From assembly GCA_963789395.1 (NCBI GenBank), contig CAWBKP010000011.1, forward strand, positions 254,901 to 318,900: a DNA stretch of 64,000 nucleotides. The letters run 5' to 3'. The notes under the pieces were generated by a model. That model was not told the DNA's origin. It searched no databases and saw only the letters and a program-made list of their open reading frames with translations. Of the stretch, positions 22,108-30,458 are shown one piece after another (position 1 is the first letter of the stretch; every line of letters starts with the position of its first letter). The stretch is from an uncultured delta proteobacterium (GTDB lineage Bacteria; Desulfobacterota; Desulfobacteria; Desulfobacterales; Desulfatirhabdiaceae). Position numbers and translations under genes: made by a program.

Positions 22108-22884
22108 ATGATGTTTCAAGTTCAGAAAACAGTAGCCCGAAGAATGGCTTTCATGCTGTTGACAGCGTTGCTCTGCGGATGCGCATCCAGCGGCTCGCCG
22201 AAATCCGCCAAAACTCCGGAGCGGAGCGGGTTTTTGAGTAATTATGAGCTTCTGAAGCCGATCGAGGGTGATGACAGCGCGAAGGCGTGGCGCGCTCAGG
22301 ACGTGGATTGGAAAAAATACGACAAAGTCCTCATTGAACGTATACAGGTGTTCATAAAAGAAGACAGCGAAAACAAGGGGATTGACCCGACCGATCTGAA
22401 GATGCTGACAGACTATTTTTATCAGGCTCTCGTAAAAGAGATCGAGCCTACGGCACAGATCGTGGATACGGCGGGCCCTGACGTGATCGGGCTGCGTATC
22501 GCCATTGTCAACCTTGTGCCGACAAAATACGGGCTCAGCATCGCAGGCACCCTGACCCCTTATGCCTTTGTTGCCGAAGCCGCCTCCGGGCCGGCCAGCG
22601 GAAGACCGGCCGGATCCACGCCTTATCTGGGTGAAACCGGTATCGAGGCCCAGGTCCTCGATGGCGGTACGGGACAGGTAATTGCCGAGTTCGCCGACAA
22701 CAGGTTCGGCAAGAAGTACGATGTCGACACGTCCAAGAACGCCTCCGGCATGGCCAAACAATGGGTGAACGGATACGTGGACTCTTTCACCACCTGGAAC
22801 TATGCAAAGCAATCCTTCGACCTGTGGGCTGGACTCATCAAAAAACGTTTCAACGAACTGCGGGGCATCGAGGCCGTGAAATAA
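22108..22884 (+). CDS. DUF3313 family lipoprotein
   Basis: LCGC lipobox, SGFLSNYELLKP, WKKYDKVLIE; GAGGAG RBS. Confidence 0.8.
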   Translation: MMFQVQKTVARRMAFMLLTALLCGCASSGSPKSAKTPERSGFLSNYELLKPIEGDDSAKAWRAQDVDWKKYDKVLIERIQVFIKEDSENKGIDPTDLKMLTDYFYQALVKEIEPTAQIVDTAGPDVIGLRIAIVNLVPTKYGLSIAGTLTPYAFVAEAASGPASGRPAGSTPYLGETGIEAQVLDGGTGQVIAEFADNRFGKKYDVDTSKNASGMAKQWVNGYVDSFTTWNYAKQSFDLWAGLIKKRFNELRGIEAVK

Positions 22885-22930
22885 GTGGTGAAATCCATTT
22901 TCTTTTTAAGAAACTGCCTTCAAATGGATT

Positions 22931-23122
22931 TCAATCCCACTGAAACGCATCACCCTCTCTGCGGGTCCTTTCCCGGCGGCAGATCCATCCCACGATGCTG
23001 ATGCGGGTATACCCTTTGCATGGTTGCCTGCGCCGGTCTTCCATACGACGTTCATTTAACTTGTCCTCACAATGGGGGGTTGCATTCAGGCGGTTATTAT
23101 GGGTGTTTTGATTCTCATTCAT
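22931..23122 (-). CDS. small Arg-rich hypothetical protein
   Basis: 63-aa ORF 16 nt downstream of 23139..24686 on the same strand. Confidence 0.5.
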   Translation of the reverse strand: MNENQNTHNNRLNATPHCEDKLNERRMEDRRRQPCKGYTRISIVGWICRRERTRREGDAFQWD

Positions 23123-23138
23123 AGCGGGATCCCCATTT

Positions 23139-24686
23139 CTATGACGTTAAGGCATCATTCAGGTCGAGTTGAAACCGTACCGGCCCCCGCCAGTTTCCCG
23201 TCCCGAACCGGGTATGCAGCGCACAGGCCGATTTCGGATCGGACCAGGAGGTCGCGATGGCCACATGACCTTTGGGAAACGGGGTGACCTCGGCGGGGAC
23301 AAAATCCAGCGGGGCCAGCGCGGTTTCCTTTTCCACCAGGTCATCGTGGGTTCCATAACAGATCAGCCAGGGTATTTGCTTTTCCGCAATCCGTTTCAGG
23401 TTCAGTTTTCGACCGAACAACTGCACCGGAAGGGTTCCGTCCGCCGTGATCGGCGTATTGTAAGAGGCAAAACTGAACCGGGTGATAGCCAGCGGCAGAT
23501 CGAATCGCTCGGCACTCAACCAGTAATTCAATGCAGCAGCCGTCTTGCTGATTTGAACCGGCGCCCCGTTTCTGGCACGCAACATCCGGATGTCCCGGAA
23601 AAATGCGTTCAGAGGCTGCTCGGTTTCGATGCTTTTCAGTTTATACACCCATCCCATCAGTGTTCCATCAGCCACCTTGTTGCCATTGGGCAGTGTTTTG
23701 GTACCATACGCCAGATCGTTAAACCGCCTGGGAAGCCGTTTTAAAAATTCCGCAAGTCCCCGGCTTCGTGTGCCATCCATGGGCGCAACACAGGTAATGA
23801 AAGCATCGACCAGATCGTCCAGTTCTCCGGAAAGCAGATTGCATAATGCATTGAATCCGCCCTGACAGTAACCGTTCAGGGTGACGGGTTTGCCGTGCCG
23901 CTTGAAGATGGTTTCACAGAACAGGCGGGTATCCAAGGCATCGTCTTCAGCTGTCATGGTTTGAAGTGCTTCGGTTGAGCCGATGTCTTTCAGAATGCGG
24001 ATATAGGTGGGTATCCCCTGATTGGCGAAAGCATGCGCATAGCTTTTGTTTTCACCGGGCAAAAATCCCAGAATATTGGCGCCCAGGACGTAAGGCGGCA
24101 GGATGCAGACCGGTTTCATGTTCCGGCCGGCAGCCGCGGTATCGGTTGGCGTGATCCGATACAGATAGAACCGATCGGTTTCCGCGACCCGTTCATGCAC
24201 GCCGCGTTCAAAATGAAAGCCGTATTCCGGTTCGATATTCTGAATCACTTGAGGGTAAACATGAACGACCCGTTCCATCAATTCTGCCTGGCGGGTGGCA
24301 AATGCATTCAGCTCATGCGGGTTCAGTGCGAACACACCTTGATACATGGCCTGAAGGAAAGCGCCGATTTCCGGCCAGGCATACTCGTTAATGGCATCCA
24401 GTGCGCTGGAAACACCCCGGCCCATCAATTCATTATTGTAATCAAGAAGATTTAAATAGGATTCCAGACTGTCCAACGGGGATGTTTTGAAAAGATTGCC
24501 GGATTCAACCTGCTGAAAATAGTGGGTTGAAATCAGATAGGGCACAAAAAAATCGGTGGTATACCGCGCCAGGCCGGACAAAAATGTCTGTGTGGCATAT
24601 CCCAGTTTGCCAAGGGCCAAAACCCCTTCTTGACAAGAATCGACAATATCCGGTGTTTCTACTATATCGTCTGCGAGGCGATTCAT
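23139..24686 (-). CDS. PhaC/PhaZ-like Cys-nucleophile alpha/beta hydrolase
   Basis: GYCQGG box, HDDLV Asp and KGHVA His; GGAGG RBS; located in the pha locus. Confidence 0.7.
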   Translation of the reverse strand: MNRLADDIVETPDIVDSCQEGVLALGKLGYATQTFLSGLARYTTDFFVPYLISTHYFQQVESGNLFKTSPLDSLESYLNLLDYNNELMGRGVSSALDAINEYAWPEIGAFLQAMYQGVFALNPHELNAFATRQAELMERVVHVYPQVIQNIEPEYGFHFERGVHERVAETDRFYLYRITPTDTAAAGRNMKPVCILPPYVLGANILGFLPGENKSYAHAFANQGIPTYIRILKDIGSTEALQTMTAEDDALDTRLFCETIFKRHGKPVTLNGYCQGGFNALCNLLSGELDDLVDAFITCVAPMDGTRSRGLAEFLKRLPRRFNDLAYGTKTLPNGNKVADGTLMGWVYKLKSIETEQPLNAFFRDIRMLRARNGAPVQISKTAAALNYWLSAERFDLPLAITRFSFASYNTPITADGTLPVQLFGRKLNLKRIAEKQIPWLICYGTHDDLVEKETALAPLDFVPAEVTPFPKGHVAIATSWSDPKSACALHTRFGTGNWRGPVRFQLDLNDALTS

Positions 24687-24762
24687 CCAGCCCCCTCCTT
24701 TTCAGATTCGGCGGAATCAACCGAATGGATTATCTTCCGTTGAAAATCAAAATATTGACAAC

Positions 24763-24899
24763 TTGATGGTCTCACAAAATGCCGGAAATCGCGACATCTC
24801 GTCATTGCGGCGAAATCCGGAATCCAGTGTTTCTGGATAGTTGATAAAAGGCTGGACACCGGGTTTCACCGACGTGACGACTTTTTTCGAGATCATCTA
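24763..24899. repeat. family B MITE-like element (terminal inverted repeats enclosing a REP doublet)
   Basis: TTGATGGTCTCACAAAA...TTTTTTCGAGATCATCTA ends; internal GTCATTGCGGCGAAATCCGGAATCCAG and CTGGACACCGGGTTTCACCGACGTGAC. Confidence 0.8.
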
Positions 24900-25160
24900 T
24901 TTTGAATCGGAAAAAAAAGATTCCACTTTGGCATAGCTGTCGTCAACAAGAGACTTGAAGTTTTCACAACCGGATTTGTAAGTGGCCATCCAGTCTTTAA
25001 TGGCCTTTTTCCCTTCTTCCGGAAGCCAGGTGGCCTGTTCCATGAACGCTCCAGCCATTTTTTCATTCTGTTCATACACCATGGTCATGGCCTTGAAGCT
25101 GTTGTCCATGGCGGTTTTGTTAAACTGTATCATCTGCTTGGCGATTGTTTTCTGATCCAT
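24897..25160 (-). CDS. putative phasin (PHA granule-associated protein)
   Basis: 87-aa amphipathic helical protein divergent from phaR, with a strong promoter and a PhaR-type palindrome; call rests on context. Confidence 0.6.
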   Translation of the reverse strand: MDQKTIAKQMIQFNKTAMDNSFKAMTMVYEQNEKMAGAFMEQATWLPEEGKKAIKDWMATYKSGCENFKSLVDDSYAKVESFFSDSK

Positions 25161-25295
25161 TGGTTTTTCCTCCCTGATTGATTATGGTATGGGGGCCGTT
25201 CCGCATTTATTTTGCAATCCGGGAATCGGCATGATAAAAATATCCAGTCCGGTGCCTGTCAAACAATATTACGGAACATTCAATTCTGGCTTGCG

Positions 25296-25324
25296 ATTTT
25301 ACGAAAATCTTTCATGCATGTCAA
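25296..25324 (-). promoter_or_regulatory. sigma70 promoter of the phasin gene
   Basis: Minus strand TTGACA-17 nt-TAAAAT. Confidence 0.65.
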
Positions 25325-25326
25325 GC

Positions 25327-25349
25327 ATTATTTTGCATTGCAAAATAAT
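25327..25349. promoter_or_regulatory. putative PhaR operator
   Basis: Perfect palindrome ATTATTTTGCA-T-TGCAAAATAAT with a TGC-N3-GCA core, between the divergent phasin and phaR genes. Confidence 0.65.
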
Positions 25350-25503
25350 ATATAATTGCCTTAAAAATAACATGTATTAATTATAATTATAATATATCAG
25401 TATGTTGACTTAATTTTATTTCTGTACGAAGCGATATTTTCAATGTTTTATTTGCAAAACAGAAATTTTTTATTTCTTTAACATCTCTGATCAGGACAAT
25501 TTT

Positions 25504-25974
25504 ATGGAAAAACCCATTGAATTGAGGAAATATACCAACCGTCGGCTGTACGATGCCGATCAGAAAAAATTCGTCTCACTGGGTGAAGTGGCTGAAATGA
25601 TTCGTGGCGGCCGGCAGGTCAAGGTTTCCGACGCCAAAACCCAGGAAGACGTCACGGCATTCATTTTAACACAGATTGTCCTCGAACAGGCCAAAAATCA
25701 TCACGCACTGCTTCCCGTTCCGTTGCTGCACCTGATCATTCAATATGGCGACAATGCCTTGAGCGGGTTTTTTGAAACGTATCTGCAACAGATCGTTCAG
25801 TCCTACCTGAATTGCAAGTGGTCAGTTGATGAACAGTTTCTGCGCTGGCTCGACCTTGGGGAGGGGGTATCCAAAGCCGCTCAAGAAAGCCTGAAGAAAC
25901 TGAATCCCTTAAACACTTTTTTCGATGGATTTTCCGGAAAGGCCCAATCCCAACCCAAAAAACCGAAAGGTTGA
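25504..25974 (+). CDS. phaR: polyhydroxyalkanoate synthesis regulator PhaR
   Basis: RKYTNRRLYD...V.DAKTQEDVT..ILTQI DNA-binding domain signature. Confidence 0.88.
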   Translation: MEKPIELRKYTNRRLYDADQKKFVSLGEVAEMIRGGRQVKVSDAKTQEDVTAFILTQIVLEQAKNHHALLPVPLLHLIIQYGDNALSGFFETYLQQIVQSYLNCKWSVDEQFLRWLDLGEGVSKAAQESLKKLNPLNTFFDGFSGKAQSQPKKPKG

Positions 25975-26100
25975 TGATCTCGACAAAAATCACACCATCT
26001 CGTCATTCCGACGAAAGCTGGGATCCGGTGTTTTTAGATAGTTGCTAAAAGGCTGGACACCGGTTTTCACCGGTGTGACGACTTTTTGCGAGACCATCAA
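25971..26100. repeat. family B MITE-like element, second full copy
   Basis: TTGATGATCTCGACAAAAATC...GACTTTTTGCGAGACCATCAA; alignable over its length with 24763-24899. Confidence 0.82.
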
Positions 26101-26135
26101 AGTTGAGGCGCCAATTTTCATTAAAGCCGCGCCCA

Positions 26136-26555
26136 TTACTGCCGCGGGGGGCTGATCAATGCCTCGCCGTCCAGAACCACAACACCATCCTGATTGGTGC
26201 ATACGGTCTTTAAACGCACCCGCTTTTTTTCCCGAAGGATCTCCACCACCTCAACCGTTGCCGTTACGGTATCTCCGATGGCCACGGGCGCCCGAAAATT
26301 CAGCTGCTGCTGCATATAGATCGTACCGGGCCCGGGAAGCTGATTGCCCAGCACGTTTGAAATCAGACCGGCCGACAGCATCCCGTGTGCAATCCGGGTC
26401 TTGAAGGCGGTGTTTTTTGCGTATGCCTCGTTCACATGGGCCGGATTGAAATCGCCGGTAATCCCTGCAAACAGGTATACATCCGACTCGGATATGGTTT
26501 TGGTAAAGGATGCGGTCTGCCCGACGCTCAGTTCATCGATGGTTTTTCCCTTCAT
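26136..26555 (-). CDS. MaoC-family (R)-specific enoyl-CoA hydratase (PhaJ-like)
   Basis: FAGITGDFNPAH...RIAHGML...LPGPGTIY motif; start MKGKT after AGGAG. Confidence 0.88.
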   Translation of the reverse strand: MKGKTIDELSVGQTASFTKTISESDVYLFAGITGDFNPAHVNEAYAKNTAFKTRIAHGMLSAGLISNVLGNQLPGPGTIYMQQQLNFRAPVAIGDTVTATVEVVEILREKKRVRLKTVCTNQDGVVVLDGEALISPPRQ

Positions 26556-26575
26556 GGCTGTTTTCTCCTCTTGCC

Positions 26576-26685
26576 GTGAAAATTGCTCCCCCCTTTGGAA
26601 AAGGGGGGAAAGGGGGGATTTCAAATGGTCCGCAAAAAATCCCCCTCGATCCCCCTTTTTCTAAGGGGGAAGGTATCATTTTCAT
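26576..26685. repeat. family C REP-like doublet, copy 2
   Basis: TCCCCCCTTTGGAAAAGGGGGGAAAGGGGGGATT...AATCCCCCTCGATCCCCCTTTTTCTAAGGGGGA, bounded by GTGAAAAT...ATTTTCAT. Confidence 0.8.
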
Positions 26686-26725
26686 TAACGGGGGTGTATG
26701 CCCTTCCAATTCATGGTCATGAAAC

Positions 26726-27776
26726 TTAGAACCACGAGCGGTGGCTCCAGATGTCCGCTTCCAGATCCTTCTTGTCTTCCTGCAGCTTCATATACAGGCT
26801 GGCATTCTGAATGGCCAGTCCGCCCTGATGGGCAAGGGCCTGGATCATAACCTTTACATCTGCCGAAAAATGACGCGGGAGTTTCGCTGTAAAGACTCAT
26901 GGTTCCAATCACATCATCGCGTGCCCTTACCGGCGCCATGATCATGGCGCCGATGCCCTCCTGTTTCAGCAGATCCTTGATGAATTGAAACGTGTCATTG
27001 TTATTGACGTTCTCAATCACGAGCGTGTTGCCTTTCAATGCGGATTTGGTCATTTCCGAGCGGTTCACCCGGGGGTCGCTGAGAAAACGCTCGCTGAGGC
27101 CATAACTGGAAACCAGGGCAAGCTCTTTTTTTGTCTGATTCAGCAGGCGGATATCGGATCCTTTCATACCCAGTGCGCTGGATACTTCGGCGGTCATGTT
27201 GTTCAGAATATGCTTGATATCCAGGCTTGAATTCAAGCTGGCAGTCAGTTCCAGAAACAGAAGGGCATTTTTTTGAATCCGTTCCAGAAGCCTGGATTTT
27301 TGAATGGCCATCCCCCCCTGCTCCGCCAATGCGCGCAGAAAATCGATTTCATCGCCGGTAAAATCCCGCTGCGTGGACGTATATAATGACAGCACGCCGA
27401 TAGTCCGATCCTGAACCCTGACTGCCACGGTCAGGATGGAGGCAATGCCCTCGGCTTTTTTCGCGTCATGATTCTCCAGCAGGGGATCGGTTGTGGCATC
27501 CAGGAAGCTCAAATATCCGTTTTTCAGGAGCGCGTTGACAATGCGCTGCGCTTTCATCGGGTTGGCATGCAGATAATTGGCGGATAATCCTTTTTGAACC
27601 ACCGGAACAAAAAAATCCTCTTTTTCATCAGCCAGGAACAGGCAGGCGGCCTTTCCCCCCATTGTGTCGATGGCGTATTGAACGATCAGGACCAGCAGGT
27701 CCTCCTGGGTCGCAGCAGTCCCAAATGCCTGACTGAGCCTGCAAAACGTTTTAAAATAGTCTTTCACTTCGGCCAT
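26726..27776 (-). CDS. tandem GAF-domain protein without output domain (frameshift ~26868)
   Basis: Two GAF repeats (EGIASILTVAV...IGVLSLY...ALAEQGGMAI; EGIGAMIMAPV...IGTMSLY); corrected frame ends ALAHQGGLAIQNASLYMKLQEDKKDLEADIWSHRSWF*. Confidence 0.82.
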
Positions 27777-28983
27777 ATCGGGATCTCCCTAATATTGGAT
27801 TTTTTGCATTCGACATTGGTCTTGATCCTGTTTCCCTCTTGGTGGATTTTCCGGGCAGGGGTTTTGACTTTGTGGGGGCTTTACGGGTTCTGCGCGGAGA
27901 CGCGATCGCATCTCTGTCTTTCAGCCAGGCCGCGATTTTGGGGGCAAATTCTTTCTGGCACTTGCTGCTGACATAGATGCCGATGTGGCCCGTATCCAGG
28001 CAGACGTTTTCCGTATCGGTACTGCCGACATACCGGATCAGGGGCTCGCAGGCCTCTGGCGGCACCAGATGATCGAATTTTCCATAGAAATTCAACACCG
28101 GCATGGTGATTTTCTTGAGATCGATCCGTTTGCCGCCCACTTCCAGACGGTTTTGAACGAGAAGATTCCGCTGGTAGCAATCCTTTATGAACTGCCTGAA
28201 TACTTCGCCCGGCAGATCCGGGCTGTCAAATATCCATTTTTCCATGCGGACGAAATTTTCCACAAAATTCTTGTTGTCCATGTTTTCCATGAACCCCACA
28301 TATTTGTCGATCATCAGCCGGGCCGGATTCAGCAGCAGGAACCCGAAATTCATCACATCGGCCGGGATATTGCCGTATATGTCCACCAGCCGGTCCGCAT
28401 CGATATGCTTCGTCCAGACATGCAGCAACCCCTTGTCGGTATCAAAATACGTCGGGGTAACCGTGGTGATCAGGTTTTTGACCTTGTCCGGATAAAGCGC
28501 GGAATAGATGACACAGAAGGTTCCGCCCATGCAGATGCCCATGAGGTTGATCCTGGCCACGCCGTGCCGTTCCCGGATAAAATTGACGACATTGTCCATG
28601 TAGCCGTTGATGTGATCATCGAATCCGAGGAACCGGTCCTTGCGGGTCGGATATCCCCAATCTATCATATACAGATCGATGCCGCTGTCCAGAAAGGTTT
28701 CCACCACGCTGCGTCCCGGCTGAAGATCCAGCATGGTCTCCCGGTTGATCAGGGCATACACGACCAGAAGGGGCGTGGCATACCGGGCTTGCGTGCGCGG
28801 CAGATAGTGCTTCAGTTTGATGCGATCTTCCTGATACACCACTTCACAGGGCGTGGCGGCAATATCGGTATCCATTTTTTCCAGCAGAACTTCCGAGGCT
28901 TTCCGGGCGCGGCTTTGGACCCGCTCGGCATCTTCGGCCAGTTTTGACAGGATGAGATCGACAGGTATGGCGGGCTGGCTCAT
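27751..28983 (-). CDS. phaC: class III PHA synthase, catalytic subunit
   Basis: PLLVVYALINR..MLDLQ, GICMGG, RMEKWIFDSPD, DHLVPP and GHIG; follows phaE; basic Lys/Pro-rich tail (3' end may be affected by an indel). Confidence 0.93.
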   Translation of the reverse strand: MSQPAIPVDLILSKLAEDAERVQSRARKASEVLLEKMDTDIAATPCEVVYQEDRIKLKHYLPRTQARYATPLLVVYALINRETMLDLQPGRSVVETFLDSGIDLYMIDWGYPTRKDRFLGFDDHINGYMDNVVNFIRERHGVARINLMGICMGGTFCVIYSALYPDKVKNLITTVTPTYFDTDKGLLHVWTKHIDADRLVDIYGNIPADVMNFGFLLLNPARLMIDKYVGFMENMDNKNFVENFVRMEKWIFDSPDLPGEVFRQFIKDCYQRNLLVQNRLEVGGKRIDLKKITMPVLNFYGKFDHLVPPEACEPLIRYVGSTDTENVCLDTGHIGIYVSSKCQKEFAPKIAAWLKDRDAIASPRRTRKAPTKSKPLPGKSTKRETGSRPMSNAKNPILGRSRYGRSERLF

Positions 28984-28987
28984 CGGT

Positions 28988-29914
28988 TCACCCCCTTGTG
29001 GACGGCTTGGCGTGGTTTGAACGGGCAAGGGGTTTACGGTCTTTTTCAAGGGCTCGAATCCGCTTTTTCAGCTCGTAGAGTTCCCGTTCCAGGTCGTCGA
29101 TTTCTTTGCGGCTGGGAATGGGCAGCCCGCTCAGCATATCCTGAAGAACGGCATCCTTGGATGCCGAAAAGTCTGAAATCGCATTCAGGGTATTGGCCAG
29201 AATCCGGTTATATTCAGGGGACTGAAACAGCTTCATGTAATGCCCTTCCAGAATCTTTATCCACATCTGGTAATATTTCTGGGAATCATCCGGAAGGGCC
29301 CCCTTTTCCGCCATCTCGCCAAGCTTCTCCTGCATGACCGAAACGGAATGACTGAGCGGCAGCGACAGCACCCGGACAAATTCGGCCAGGGTCGAATGAT
29401 AGATATTATACTTGTCCACAGCCTGGTTGAATTTTTCCTGATAGCCCCGGGCCAGCCCCAGTTGGGGGATGTTGAAAAACTGCCGGAATTCGGATTCATA
29501 CATGTCAATCCAGGCCCGGAACATGTTCTCGTCGAGCCGTTCAAATGAATAGGCATCGACGGTTTCACCGATACGGCCGCAGCGCTCCAGCCATTTCTGC
29601 TGAAGCTGAATGTATCCGTCAACCGTATTCTGGGCCATTTTCGCCAGAATCTCCGGCATTGCCCCCGCACCTTTCAACAGCGATTCCATGGATTCGGGAG
29701 CGGACATGGCTGCCGAAACCGCCTGCCAGTTCCGGATGGCTGCATCCAGTGCGCTTCTGGCGCTCTGGGCGCCGCTCTGTTGGGAAGATGTATCCGGAGC
29801 GGGATGAGGCTGCTGCCACATCTGCGACTGCCCGCTCCAAAAATCGGTAACGAATTTTATCCAGTCCGCCATCATGGCGTCCGTTCCGGTTGCATCCGGT
29901 TTGCTTTCATTCAT
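28988..29914 (-). CDS. phaE: class III PHA synthase subunit PhaE
   Basis: PQLGLARGYQE (PhaE box), YQMWI...F.SPEY, LPIPSRKEIDDL...LKKRIRALE coiled coil. Confidence 0.88.
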   Translation of the reverse strand: MNESKPDATGTDAMMADWIKFVTDFWSGQSQMWQQPHPAPDTSSQQSGAQSARSALDAAIRNWQAVSAAMSAPESMESLLKGAGAMPEILAKMAQNTVDGYIQLQQKWLERCGRIGETVDAYSFERLDENMFRAWIDMYESEFRQFFNIPQLGLARGYQEKFNQAVDKYNIYHSTLAEFVRVLSLPLSHSVSVMQEKLGEMAEKGALPDDSQKYYQMWIKILEGHYMKLFQSPEYNRILANTLNAISDFSASKDAVLQDMLSGLPIPSRKEIDDLERELYELKKRIRALEKDRKPLARSNHAKPSTRG

Positions 29915-29940
29915 GGTTGCCCCCATCAAGTCTTTGCCCT

Positions 29941-30447
29941 TCAGCCTTTAGCCTTCGGTCTGCGGCCGTCCGTTTTCAGAACCGCATCTCCGAAGTTCTT
30001 CATGAACGTCTGGAATTCATCGCTTTGATCCTGAATCAAGGATTGAAACCGCAGAAGAAGCTCGCTCTGCCCCAACCCTTTTTCTTCCAGCAAAAGCCGA
30101 AGCTGGGAAATCATTTCGTCCTTTTTCCCGATAGTTTTCTCCAGTGAATCGCATTTTTCCTGAAGGGCCTGATAGTCGGCCCGGGGAATCCAGCCCCACA
30201 TCCCGGCATAAGTGCAAAAAGCAGATTGAAAGGCTTCAAGCGTCTGCTGCCATATCCGGGAATATTCCGCAACCGCAGGTTCTTCAGCGGGTCCGTCAAT
30301 GCCGCAAGCCTTCTGAAACAGCCTGCCAAGTTCCGCCATGTCCATGACTTCCGGCTTGGCATCGGGAGCGGACTGCTCGAGCAGTTTCTGCCATCTGGCG
30401 GCCTGGATCAGATAATTTCCGAAGAATTCCATAAACTGGCTGTGCAT
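29941..30447 (-). CDS. hypothetical coiled-coil protein in the pha operon
   Basis: 168-aa ORF between maoC-pta and phaE with GAGGA RBS. Confidence 0.7.
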   Translation of the reverse strand: MHSQFMEFFGNYLIQAARWQKLLEQSAPDAKPEVMDMAELGRLFQKACGIDGPAEEPAVAEYSRIWQQTLEAFQSAFCTYAGMWGWIPRADYQALQEKCDSLEKTIGKKDEMISQLRLLLEEKGLGQSELLLRFQSLIQDQSDEFQTFMKNFGDAVLKTDGRRPKAKG

Positions 30448-30458
30448 GGGATCCTCAT

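Noticed and set aside
6465..26685. Palindromic repeats as a CRISPR array or integron attC sites
   Set aside because: They are dispersed, not regularly spaced, lack a repeat-spacer period, and no cas gene or integrase is present.
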